A DNA stretch of 38,047 bases, taken from NCBI GenBank assembly GCA_963630045.1, contig CAVGLF010000004.1:1-38047 (forward strand), written 5' to 3'. The first letter of the stretch is position 1; each line of letters begins with the position of its first letter. Under the pieces are notes generated by a model. The model searched no databases. It was not told the origin of the DNA and saw only the letters and a program-made list of their open reading frames with translations. This document shows, piece by piece, positions 7,779-15,821 of the stretch. The position numbers and the translations under genes were made by a program. The DNA comes from Butyricicoccaceae bacterium. Lineage in GTDB: Bacteria; Bacillota; Clostridia; Oscillospirales; QAMX01.

Positions 7779-9758
7779 TTACGATATATCCGCCATATCG
7801 AGATACAGCGCTCCGTTTTCGGCGATGTAGTCCCGCCGCCCCGCAAGATTGTCTCCGATGAGGAGATCCAGAATCTCCGCGGTATGCAGGGCGTCCTCCG
7901 GCATGATGCGGATCAGGCGGCGCGTGGCGGGGTTCATCGTCGTGCGCCACATCATGTCCGGCTCGTTCTCGCCCAGTCCCTTCGAGCGGCTGAGGGTGTA
8001 CTTCGTACCCTCCAGCTTTTTCAGAATGGCGGCCTTTTCGGATTCGTTATAGGCGAAGTAGGTCTCCTTTTTGGTGTTGATCTCGAACAGGGGGCTTTCC
8101 GCGATGTAGACGCAGCCCTCGCGGATGAGCGTCGGCGTCAGCCGGTAGAGCATGGCGATGATCATCGTACGGATGTGGAAGCCGTCGACATCCGCATCGG
8201 TGCAGATGATGACCTTCGCCCAGTTCAGCGCGGAAAGGTCAAAGGGCGGAAGCTCCTTGGTATGACGCGAGCCCTCGACGCCGCAGCCCAGAACGCGGAT
8301 GAGATCCGTGATGATGTCGCTTTTGAAGATGCGGGCGTAATCGGCTTTAAGGCAGTTGAGGATCTTGCCGCGCACGGGCATGATCGCCTGAAAATCCGCG
8401 TCGCGTCCCATCTTGCAGGAGCCCAGAGCCGAGTCGCCCTCGACGATGTAGAGCTCTCTGCGCGAGGTGTCGCGCGTGCGGCAGTCGACGAATTTTTCCA
8501 CGCGGTTGGAGATGTCCACCGTCCCGGCGAGCTTCTTTTTCAGATTCTGACGGGTGCTTTCGGCCTGCTCGCGGCTGTGCTTGTTCACCAGCACCTGATC
8601 CGCGATTTTTTCCGCCTCCGCGTGATTTTCGATGAAGTAGACCTGCAGCCGCTCGCGCAGAAAGTCCGTCATGGCCTCCTGAATGAAGCGGTTGGTGATG
8701 GCCTTCTTCGTCTGATTCTCATACGAGGTATAGGTGGAAAAGCCGCTGGTCACGATGCACAGGCAGTCGAAGACGTCCTGCGCCGTGAGCTTGCTTTCGT
8801 TCTTCGTATACTTGCCGTTCGTCCGGCAGTAGGCATCGAGCTCGGAGACGAAGGCGCTCTTGACGGCGGAGGCCGGCGCGCCGCCGTACTCCAGCCACGA
8901 GGAGTTGTGATAGTACTGCTGGAAGCTGACCGTGCGCGAGAAGCAGACCGCAGCCTCGAGCTTCACGGTATACTCCGGCTTGTCCGCGCGGTCGCGTCCG
9001 CGCCGCTGTGTGCTCCAGGTCTGCACGGGCGTCAGAGGCTCCGTGCCGGCAAGCTCCGAAACATAGTCCGAGATGCCGTTTTCGTACATGAACTCCGTCG
9101 TATCATAGGTCTTTTCGCCCGTCTGAGTGCGGTAGACGAAGGTCAGTCCCGCATTGACCACGGCCTGACGGCGCAGCACGTCGCGGTAGTATTCATCCGG
9201 GATGCGGATGTCCGTGAAGACGGCGAGGTCGGGCTTGAAGTGATAATGCGTGCCGGTCTGCCTGCGGTCGGCGGGTGAGCGGCGGAGCTCCCCCACAAGC
9301 TCGCCCTTCTCAAAATGCAGGTCATAGCGGAAGCCGTCGCGGCGGACGGTGACGTCCATGTATTCCGAGGCGTACTGCGTCGCGCAGGCGCCCAGACCGT
9401 TGAGTCCCAGCGAGAAGGAGTAATTGGCGTTCTCGGAGTTGTCGTATTTGCCTCCGGCGTAGAGCTCGCAGTAGACAAGCTCCCAGTTATAGCGGTTTTC
9501 GCGCGGGTTCCAGTCCACGGGCACGCCGCGTCCGAAGTCCTCGATTTCGATGGAGTCATCGGAGTGCCGCGTGACGAGGATGCGCCGGCCGTAGCCCTGA
9601 CGCGCCTCGTCGATGGCGTTGGAGAGGATCTCGAACATCGCGTGCTCGCAGCCGTCCAGCCCGTCGGAGCCGAAGATGACGCCCGGACGTCTCCGCACGC
9701 GCTCGGCGCCCTTCAGTGTCTGGATGGATTCGTTGTCGTATACGGGTTTTTTTGACAT
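7779..9758 (-). CDS. Type IIA DNA topoisomerase subunit B (ParE/GyrB paralogue)
   Basis: GHKL ATPase N-terminus (RVRRRPGVIFGS...EILSNAIDE...GRGVPVD), Toprim motif (ELYIVEGDSALGS...DADVDGFHI) and C-terminal tail. 659 aa. Confidence 0.9.
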   Translation of the reverse strand: MSKKPVYDNESIQTLKGAERVRRRPGVIFGSDGLDGCEHAMFEILSNAIDEARQGYGRRILVTRHSDDSIEIEDFGRGVPVDWNPRENRYNWELVYCELYAGGKYDNSENANYSFSLGLNGLGACATQYASEYMDVTVRRDGFRYDLHFEKGELVGELRRSPADRRQTGTHYHFKPDLAVFTDIRIPDEYYRDVLRRQAVVNAGLTFVYRTQTGEKTYDTTEFMYENGISDYVSELAGTEPLTPVQTWSTQRRGRDRADKPEYTVKLEAAVCFSRTVSFQQYYHNSSWLEYGGAPASAVKSAFVSELDAYCRTNGKYTKNESKLTAQDVFDCLCIVTSGFSTYTSYENQTKKAITNRFIQEAMTDFLRERLQVYFIENHAEAEKIADQVLVNKHSREQAESTRQNLKKKLAGTVDISNRVEKFVDCRTRDTSRRELYIVEGDSALGSCKMGRDADFQAIMPVRGKILNCLKADYARIFKSDIITDLIRVLGCGVEGSRHTKELPPFDLSALNWAKVIICTDADVDGFHIRTMIIAMLYRLTPTLIREGCVYIAESPLFEINTKKETYFAYNESEKAAILKKLEGTKYTLSRSKGLGENEPDMMWRTTMNPATRRLIRIMPEDALHTAEILDLLIGDNLAGRRDYIAENGALYLDMADIS

Positions 9759-9778
9759 GTTTGCCTCATTTGCAGCCT

Positions 9779-9807
9779 AGAATAATTACGGGTATGCGTC
9801 CCTTCAA
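9779..9807 (-). promoter_or_regulatory. Candidate promoter of the topoisomerase B gene
   Basis: Minus strand TTGAAG - 17 nt - TATTCT, about 20 nt upstream of the ATG. Confidence 0.4.
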
Positions 9808-9836
9808 CATTGCGGGAAGGGCTTTTTTGGGGGGGA

Positions 9837-10481
9837 TTATGCGTTCTGCTGACGGATGCCGCGCACGATTGCCGCAGAGTCCCGGCAGAGGCGGGCGATT
9901 TCCCCGAAATTTTCTGCCTCCAGGAGCTTTTTCGACGCCATATAGGTGCCGCCGCAGGCGGTGACGCAGGAAAGAGAGAGATACTCCGCAAGGTTTTCCG
10001 CGGTGATGCCCCCCGTGGGCACGAAGTGCATATGCGCATACGGCGCGGACAGCGCGCGCAGCATGGGGATGCCTCCGGCTGCTGCTGCGGGGAAGAACTT
10101 CACCGTGTCGAGTCCGAAGCTCATCGCAAGCTCGATCTCCGTGGGCGTCATGACGCCGGGCAGCATCGCGCCGCCCCGGGTCAGGACGTACTCCACGACG
10201 CGCGGATTCGTGCCGGGAGCGACGATGAACTCCGCACCCGCATCCAGCGCCTCCTTGGCCTGAGCCACGGTGAGCACCGTGCCGGCGCCCAGAAGCATGT
10301 CGGGGTGACGCGCCTTCATGCGGCGGATGACCTCAGCCGCCCCTGCGGCGCGGAAAGTGATCTCGGCGCAGGGTATGCCGCCCGCGCAGAAGGCATCGGC
10401 CAGTGCCTCGGACTGTCCGATGCGGCCGAGAGCGACAACGGGGACGACTCCCACGGCGGCCAGACGATTTTTCCAATTCAT
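9837..10481 (-). CDS. eda: KDPG / KHG aldolase (2-dehydro-3-deoxyphosphogluconate aldolase family)
   Basis: Class I aldolase pattern: PVVAL...GGIPCAEITFR...GAGTVL...GAEFIVAPG...PGVMTPTE...VKFFPA...PTGGI. GGAGG lies 8 nt upstream of ATG 10481. Confidence 0.85.
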   Translation of the reverse strand: MNWKNRLAAVGVVPVVALGRIGQSEALADAFCAGGIPCAEITFRAAGAAEVIRRMKARHPDMLLGAGTVLTVAQAKEALDAGAEFIVAPGTNPRVVEYVLTRGGAMLPGVMTPTEIELAMSFGLDTVKFFPAAAAGGIPMLRALSAPYAHMHFVPTGGITAENLAEYLSLSCVTACGGTYMASKKLLEAENFGEIARLCRDSAAIVRGIRQQNA

Positions 10482-10553
10482 AGCGCAATCCTCCAAAGAG
10501 GGGACGCGGTTTCCCGCGTCCCCGCAGCCTTCAAATATTGATCGGGTTTTCAC

Positions 10554-11285
10554 TCAGACCCTTGCGCCGGAGTCCTCATCGATGAAGGTCGTGGCGTCCG
10601 GATGGGTCTTCAGGATGGTCGCCGGAACGAGGTTCGAGACGTCGCTCGTGATGACCTTGTAGATTGCGTCGGCCTTGACGGCGTAGGGCACGGGGGAGAC
10701 GATGCGGCGGCAGCTCATGATCTGGTAGACGGTCATGGAGATGGCCTGACGCGGCACGTCGTCCAGCGTGGGGAACCAGCCCTCGCCCAGCTGCTGATGG
10801 CGGCAGGCATCGTCGAGGTTGACGACCTTGTAGGCGGCGGTGGTGTCGAAATCCGCGGGCGGATCGTTGAAGGCGATGTGCGTGTTCTCGCCGATGCCGA
10901 TGACGCCGACGTCGATGGGACGCTCACGGATGAGCCGGGTCAGATCGGCGATGCAGTCGTCGACGCTCGGGTAGTTCCACGGAGCGACGAAGTGGACGGC
11001 CTTCAGATTCACCTTGGAGACGAAACGCTCCTTCATATACTTGACAAAGCTCGCCGGATGCTCCTCGCCGAGTCCGACGTACTCATCGAGATGGAACATC
11101 GTGACCTTCGACCAGTCGACATCCTTGGTGACGAGGGACTTCAGTGTATCGAACTGAGAGGCACCGGTGGACAGCGCGATGCGGGCCTCTCCGCGGGCGG
11201 CGATGGCCTCGTTGATCTGGGAAGCGATCAGCGCTGCGGCCTTCTCGCCGAGATCTTCCTTCGTTGTGCAGCGTACGATTCTCAT
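10554..11285 (-). CDS. nagB: Glucosamine-6-phosphate deaminase family protein
   Basis: NagB/6-PGL fold motifs: ALSTGAS...MFHLDEYVGL...IDVGVIGIGENTHIAFNDPPADF. GGAGGG RBS present. Confidence 0.85.
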   Translation of the reverse strand: MRIVRCTTKEDLGEKAAALIASQINEAIAARGEARIALSTGASQFDTLKSLVTKDVDWSKVTMFHLDEYVGLGEEHPASFVKYMKERFVSKVNLKAVHFVAPWNYPSVDDCIADLTRLIRERPIDVGVIGIGENTHIAFNDPPADFDTTAAYKVVNLDDACRHQQLGEGWFPTLDDVPRQAISMTVYQIMSCRRIVSPVPYAVKADAIYKVITSDVSNLVPATILKTHPDATTFIDEDSGARV

Positions 11286-11426
11286 GTGACAAAAACCCTC
11301 CGTGCAAAATTTTGATGCATATACCCGGGGCTCCGTTTTCCTCTTTTTTTAAAAGAAACCTTCGCGCGGGCGAAAAAACGGGCACAAAGACCTCTCGATG
11401 TGCGGGGCAGGGGATCTCTTTTGCCT

Positions 11427-11455
11427 ATTGTATCACAGAAAAGCGCACTTTTCAA
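11427..11455 (-). promoter_or_regulatory. Sigma-A-type promoter of nagB (about 140-nt leader)
   Basis: Minus strand TTGAAA - 17 nt - TACAAT. Confidence 0.5.
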
Positions 11456-11468
11456 CTGATTTTTGCGG

Positions 11469-11516
11469 CATTCCGGGCGGGCAGACGGCTCAGTTTGCCG
11501 GCACCCGCCCGGAATG
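11469..11516. other. Long perfect hairpin between the divergent nagB and prs-like promoters
   Basis: 13-bp perfect arms CATTCCGGGCGGG (11469-11481) / CCCGCCCGGAATG (11504-11516), with an inner CGGC/GCCG stem. No U-tract follows on either strand. Confidence 0.5.
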
Positions 11517-11574
11517 GAAAAAAGCGTACCCGGGGAATGCGGGATTTTTGTGCATTTGTCTTTGCGGGCGGCAC

Positions 11575-11603
11575 TTGAAAAGTCGGGGTTTTCGTGGTAT
11601 TCT
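11575..11603 (+). promoter_or_regulatory. Sigma-A-type promoter of the prs-like gene (about 100-nt leader)
   Basis: TTGAAA - 17 nt - TATTCT. Confidence 0.5.
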
Positions 11604-11680
11604 GTACGTAGGGAAATCCCGCACGTACGAGGGAAATCGCGGCGGGATGCGGCAACGTTTTTTTATAAGTGCGTGCTGCG

Positions 11681-11703
11681 TGTGTGTGTGTGAGAGAGGA
11701 GAG
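11681..11703 (+). repeat. Dinucleotide simple repeat (TG)6 then (GA)n, running into the RBS
   Basis: TGTGTGTGTGTGAGAGAGGAGAG lies immediately upstream of ATG 11711. Confidence 0.6.
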
Positions 11704-11710
11704 CATATTC

Positions 11711-12913
11711 ATGGCTGACAGCTACGATAATCTGTATACGATGCCTGTCGGAGCGCTTGGCATCATTGGAATGAACGGCTGCGAGGATCTGGTGCACAAG
11801 GTGGATCAGTACATTCACGGCTGGCGCAGAGACATGGCATCCGGCCCCCAGGCTCTGTCCAACGGATACCTTCGGGACAGCTACCTGATCGATACGCATT
11901 GCCCCCGATTCGGAACGGGCGAGGCGAAGGCACTCATTACCGAGACCATCCGAGGCTATGACCTGTACATCGTCGCGGATATGTTCAACCACGGCGTCCG
12001 CTACACCATGTACGGCGAAAGCGTCCCGATGAGCCCCGACGATCATTATCAGGACCTGAAGCGCATCATCGCCGCTGCCGCAGGCAAGGCGCGCAGGGTT
12101 ACCGTCATCATGCCGATGCTCTACGAGGGCCGTCAGCACCGCCGCTCCGCGCGTGAGTCCCTGGACTGCGCGCTGGCTCTGCAGGAGCTTGTCAGCATGG
12201 GCGTGGAAAACCTCATCACCTTCGATGCGCATGACCCCCGCGTACAGAACGCCATCCCGCTCTCCGGCTTCGAAAACGTGCAGCCGACCTACCAGTTCAT
12301 CAAGGCCATGGTGCGCGACATCCCGGACATCGTCATCGACAGCGATCACATGATGATCATCTCCCCCGACGAGGGCGCCATGTCCCGCTGCATCTACTAC
12401 TCCTCCGTCCTGAACCTCGACCTGGGCATGTTCTACAAGCGCCGCGACTACAGCCGCGTCGTCAACGGCAAGAACCCCATCGTCGCGCACATGTTCCTGG
12501 GCGACAACGTCGAGGGCAAGGACGTCGTCATCGTGGATGACATGATCTCCTCGGGCGACTCCGCGCTGGACATTGTCATGCAGCTGAAGGAGCGCCGCGC
12601 CCGCCGCATCTTCATGTGCCCGACCTTCGGCCTCTTCTGCGAAGGACTCGAAAAGTTCGATGCCGCCTATGAGAAGGGACTCTTCGACGGACTCTTCACG
12701 ACGAACCTCATCTACCGCACGCCCGAGCTCATGTCCCGTCCGTGGTACCATGAGGTCGATATGTCGAAATACATCGCCTATATCATCAACATCCTCAATC
12801 ACGACACCTCGATTTCCCACATGCTCGACCCCGCGCAGCGCATTGCGACTCTCCTGGAGCATCACGAGCTGGATCTTCTCCGCCGTGAAAAGAAGGCAAA
12901 GTCCACGCACTGA
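11711..12913 (+). CDS. prs: Ribose-phosphate pyrophosphokinase family protein, long (~400 aa) form
   Basis: PRPP-binding loop VVIVDDMISSGDS, the upstream RRSARES region, and two-domain PRTase-like colinearity. AGAGGAGAG RBS present. The N- and C-terminal extensions are atypical for canonical ~315-aa Prs. Confidence 0.75.
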   Translation: MADSYDNLYTMPVGALGIIGMNGCEDLVHKVDQYIHGWRRDMASGPQALSNGYLRDSYLIDTHCPRFGTGEAKALITETIRGYDLYIVADMFNHGVRYTMYGESVPMSPDDHYQDLKRIIAAAAGKARRVTVIMPMLYEGRQHRRSARESLDCALALQELVSMGVENLITFDAHDPRVQNAIPLSGFENVQPTYQFIKAMVRDIPDIVIDSDHMMIISPDEGAMSRCIYYSSVLNLDLGMFYKRRDYSRVVNGKNPIVAHMFLGDNVEGKDVVIVDDMISSGDSALDIVMQLKERRARRIFMCPTFGLFCEGLEKFDAAYEKGLFDGLFTTNLIYRTPELMSRPWYHEVDMSKYIAYIINILNHDTSISHMLDPAQRIATLLEHHELDLLRREKKAKSTH

Positions 12914-13008
12914 CATACGGCGATAACCGTCTGAGTGGATTTTCCCCCGCACGGGGAAAGCTCCCCCGCTCATGGTTTTCCGATATTTTTGTAATGGAGA
13001 TGGCTCAT

Positions 13009-14073
13009 ATGCAGATCAGCATCACCCGTACCACGACGCCCAAGGCAAGACCCGACGAAGCGCATCTGGGCTTCGGCAAATATTTCACCGACCACATGTT
13101 CGTCATGGACTACACCGAGGGCCGCGGCTGGCATGATCCCCGCGTCGTCCCGTATGCCCCCTTCGAGCTCGACCCCGCCACCATGTGCCTGCACTACGCG
13201 CAGGAGACCTTCGAGGGCATGAAGGCCTACCGTCATGAGGACGGCTCCCTGTCCCTCTTCCGCCCGACCGAGAACATCCGCCGTCTGAACAACTCCGACC
13301 GCCGTCTGTGCATCCCGCAGCTCGACGAGGAGATGGTGCTGGAGGCGATCAAGGCCGTTGTCCGCACGGATGCCGACTGGGTTCCGCATTCCTACGAGAC
13401 CTCGCTGTACATCCGTCCCTTCGTCTTCGCGACGGACGTCGGTGTCGGCGTGCATCCCTCCAAGACCTATAAGTTCGTCATCATTCTCTCCCCCGTCGGC
13501 GCGTACTACCCCGAGGGCGTGAACCCCGTGAAGATCTACGTCGAGGACGAGTTCACCCGCGCCTCCGTCGGCGGCACCGGCTTTACGAAGGCCGCCGCCA
13601 ACTACGCCATCTCCCTCGCCGCGCAGGAGAAGGCCATGAAGCTGGGATACACCCAGGTTCTGTGGCTCGACAGCGTCGAGAAGAAGTACGTCGAGGAAGT
13701 CGGCACAATGAACGTCGCCTTCAAGATCGACGGCAAGGTCGTCACTCCGTCCCTGTCCACCGGCTCCATCCTGCCCGGCATCACCCGCAAGTCCGTGGTC
13801 GAGCTGCTGCAGCACTGGAACTACCCGGTGGAGGAGCGCCGCATCAGCATCGATGAGCTGATGACCGCCGCCGCCGAGGGTCGTCTGGAGGAGGCCTTCG
13901 GCACCGGCACCGCCGCCGTCATCTCCCCGATCGGCGAGCTGTACTACGAGGGCAAGAGCTTCACCATCAACAACTTCAAGACCGGTGAGCTGACCCAGAA
14001 GATCTACGACGAGCTGACCGCCATCCAGTGGGGCCGCAAGCCCGATCCGATGGGCTGGGTCATGAAGATCTGA
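13009..14073 (+). CDS. ilvE: Branched-chain amino acid aminotransferase (fold type IV)
   Basis: FEGMKAYR, YIRPF, GGTGFTKAAANY (PLP lysine), EEVGTMNVAF, PGITR. GGAG lies 8 nt upstream of ATG 13009, preferred over ATG 12994. Confidence 0.9.
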   Translation: MQISITRTTTPKARPDEAHLGFGKYFTDHMFVMDYTEGRGWHDPRVVPYAPFELDPATMCLHYAQETFEGMKAYRHEDGSLSLFRPTENIRRLNNSDRRLCIPQLDEEMVLEAIKAVVRTDADWVPHSYETSLYIRPFVFATDVGVGVHPSKTYKFVIILSPVGAYYPEGVNPVKIYVEDEFTRASVGGTGFTKAAANYAISLAAQEKAMKLGYTQVLWLDSVEKKYVEEVGTMNVAFKIDGKVVTPSLSTGSILPGITRKSVVELLQHWNYPVEERRISIDELMTAAAEGRLEEAFGTGTAAVISPIGELYYEGKSFTINNFKTGELTQKIYDELTAIQWGRKPDPMGWVMKI

Positions 14074-14105
14074 CGGATTCCCCTTTTTATCAAGAAAACT
14101 GTTCC

Positions 14106-14152
14106 GAGGGACGCGCCGACAAGTACATGCTGCCGCGTCCCTCTTTGTCTTT
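14106..14152 (+). terminator. ilvE terminator
   Basis: Stem GAGGGACGCG / CGCGTCCCTC followed by TTTGTCTTT. Confidence 0.65.
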
Positions 14153-14278
14153 ATCGGGAAGCCCGCGGCGGCGCGGCGATGGGGCAGGCTCCGTCTCCCC
14201 CCTCTCTCCCGCGCTCCGGGCATCCCCTTCCCGCCGTCCGCGCATCCCCCCACCGGACGGAATAAAGGAGAGTTAGGT

Positions 14279-14770
14279 TTGAACGAATATCTCGAAGCCG
14301 GACGAATCATCAACACGCACGGCGTACGCGGCGAGCTCAAGGTGGAGCCGTGGGCGGATTCTCCGGAGTTTCTCACGCAGTTCAAGACGCTGTATATCGA
14401 CGGCACGGCCTATGCCGTGCGCTCCGCGCGCGTGCATACGCGCTTCGTGCTGCTGGCTCTGGCCGGCATCGAGAGCATCGAGGACGCGATGCGCCTGAAG
14501 GGACGCATCCTGCATTTTGCCAGATGCGACGCGCCGCTGCCCGAGGGGACGTTTTTCCAGGCGGACCTCATCGGCTGCGATGTATTCGATCTGCGCCGCG
14601 GCATCTGCATCGGGAAGCTGCGGGAGATTCTGGAGCTTCCCGCGGGCAGCATCTACTGCGTTGCGGGTGAGAAGGGCGACATACTGATTCCGGAGCGTCC
14701 CGAGTTCACCCGCGGCTTCGATCCCGACACGCAGACCCTCACGGTCGAAACCATCCCGGGGATGGAATAA
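14279..14770 (+). CDS. rimM: 16S rRNA processing protein RimM
   Basis: GRIINTHGVRGELKV N-terminal motif and a PRC-barrel C-terminus. TTG start with AAGGAGAG 6-7 nt upstream. Confidence 0.85.
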   Translation: MNEYLEAGRIINTHGVRGELKVEPWADSPEFLTQFKTLYIDGTAYAVRSARVHTRFVLLALAGIESIEDAMRLKGRILHFARCDAPLPEGTFFQADLIGCDVFDLRRGICIGKLREILELPAGSIYCVAGEKGDILIPERPEFTRGFDPDTQTLTVETIPGME

Positions 14771-14829
14771 GCCGCAGCTCCCGCATATTGAAAAACCCCG
14801 GTTTTTTTATCAGGAAAGGATGAGCCCTT

Positions 14830-15666
14830 TTGAGTACGCCCGAACGTCTGCCCCACAACGGGGATCCGTGCCGGGAGATTGCGCATGAGCGGTATGCTCC
14901 GGCGGACAATCCCGATGCGGCGCTGAAAATCGATATCATGACGCTGTTCCCCGCGATGATCGATGCATGCATGCAGACCTCCGTCATCGGACGTGCGGCG
15001 GCGAAGGGCATCATCTCCATCCGCGCGACGAACATCCGCAGCTTCGCGCCGGGGCGCAACATGCGCACGGACGACTATCCCTACGGAGGGGGACAGGGGC
15101 TCGTCATGCTGGCGGAACCGCTCTACCGCTGCCACGAGCATCTGTGCGGCGGCGAGCATGTGCATACGGTGCTCATGAGCGCGCAGGGTCAGCCTTTTAC
15201 GCAGAATGTGGCGCGGAGGCTTCTCGCAAAGGGGCGCTTCATCATCGTCTGCGGGCACTACGAGGGCGTGGATCAGCGCTTTATCGACGAATGCGTCGAC
15301 GAGGAGATCTCGCTGGGCAGCTTCGTGCTGACGGGAGGCGAGATTCCCGCGATGGCGGTGGCGGACTGCGTAGCGCGCATGGTGCCGGGCGTGCTGTCGG
15401 AGGAGAACTGCTTCACGGACGAAAGCTACTGGAACAGCCTCTTAGAGTATCCGCAGTACACGCGCCCGGAGGTCTGGCACGGCCGTGCCGTGCCGGAGGT
15501 GCTGCTGTCGGGGCATCACGCGCGCATCGTCGAGTGGCGCACGCGGCAGTCCCTGCAGCGCACGCTGGAGCGCAGGCCGGAGCTGCTGGGCGGCGCGGAG
15601 CTTTCCCCGCGCGAAGCCGCCGCACTGGCGCAGCTCCAGCTCGACATGTCGCGGGAAGACACCTGA
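14830..15666 (+). CDS. trmD: tRNA (guanine37-N1)-methyltransferase TrmD (start uncertain)
   Basis: IDIMTLFPAM..., DDYPYGGGQGLVM, IIVCGHYEGVDQR, SLGSFVLTGGEIPAMAVADCVARMVPGVL. The ORF opens at TTG 14830, giving a ~30-aa N-terminal extension before the conserved KIDIMTLFP. ATG 14938 would truncate the first conserved strand. Confidence 0.85.
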   Translation: MSTPERLPHNGDPCREIAHERYAPADNPDAALKIDIMTLFPAMIDACMQTSVIGRAAAKGIISIRATNIRSFAPGRNMRTDDYPYGGGQGLVMLAEPLYRCHEHLCGGEHVHTVLMSAQGQPFTQNVARRLLAKGRFIIVCGHYEGVDQRFIDECVDEEISLGSFVLTGGEIPAMAVADCVARMVPGVLSEENCFTDESYWNSLLEYPQYTRPEVWHGRAVPEVLLSGHHARIVEWRTRQSLQRTLERRPELLGGAELSPREAAALAQLQLDMSREDT

Positions 15667-15672
15667 AGACTG

Positions 15673-15742
15673 CCGCGCTCCCCAAAGGAAGGGGGTTCGG
15701 GGTACCCCCCGACCCGGGGAAAAAGGTTCGAGCCATCACGGC
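15673..15742 (-). repeat. Single copy of the ~82-bp GC-rich repeat family seen in tandem at 23762-24152
   Basis: The minus strand reads GCCGTGATGGCTCGAACCTTTTTCCCCGGGTCGGGGGGTACCCCGAACCCCCTTCCTTTGGGGAGCGCGGCAG. This is colinear with the tandem units (GCCGTGAGGGCTCGAACCTTTTTTGGGATCGGGGGGAACCCCGAACCCCCTTCTTCGGGGAG...). Confidence 0.75.
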
Positions 15743-15747
15743 AGTAC

Positions 15748-15809
15748 AAAAAAAGAAGGATGCTCCCCCAAAAAGGTGCTTTAAAATGGGGTGGCATCCT
15801 TCTTTTTTT
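15748..15809. terminator. Bidirectional terminator between trmD (+) and the SDR gene (-)
   Basis: A7-GAAGGATGC ... GCATCCTTC-T7, with an inner CCCCA/TGGGG helix. Confidence 0.6.
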
Positions 15810-15821
15810 GTCCCCGTCGGC

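Noticed and set aside
11604-11710. Known riboswitch or PyrR-type attenuator (PRPP/purine/pyrimidine sensing) in the prs-like leader.
   Set aside because: I could not find conserved cores of purine, PRPP/ykkC-type or PyrR-binding motifs. Only generic hairpins and a T-run are present. It is kept as an unassigned structured leader in the findings.
12914-13008. T-box or attenuator upstream of ilvE.
   Set aside because: The gap is only 95 nt and contains one small hairpin (TTTCCCCG/CGGGGAAA). There is no specifier loop or T-box sequence.
11663-14406. Long antisense ORFs opposite real genes. These include 11663..12973(-), 12970..14406(-), and elsewhere 14967..16658(+), 16715..18079(+), 18744..19811(+), 19821..21074(+), 25208..26944(+), 27219..29690(+), 29697..32003(+) and 7758..9278(+).
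   Set aside because: These are typical shadow ORFs of GC-rich DNA. The translations are low-complexity and R/A/G/D-rich with no recognisable motifs or RBSs. Each lies opposite a gene with clear family signatures.
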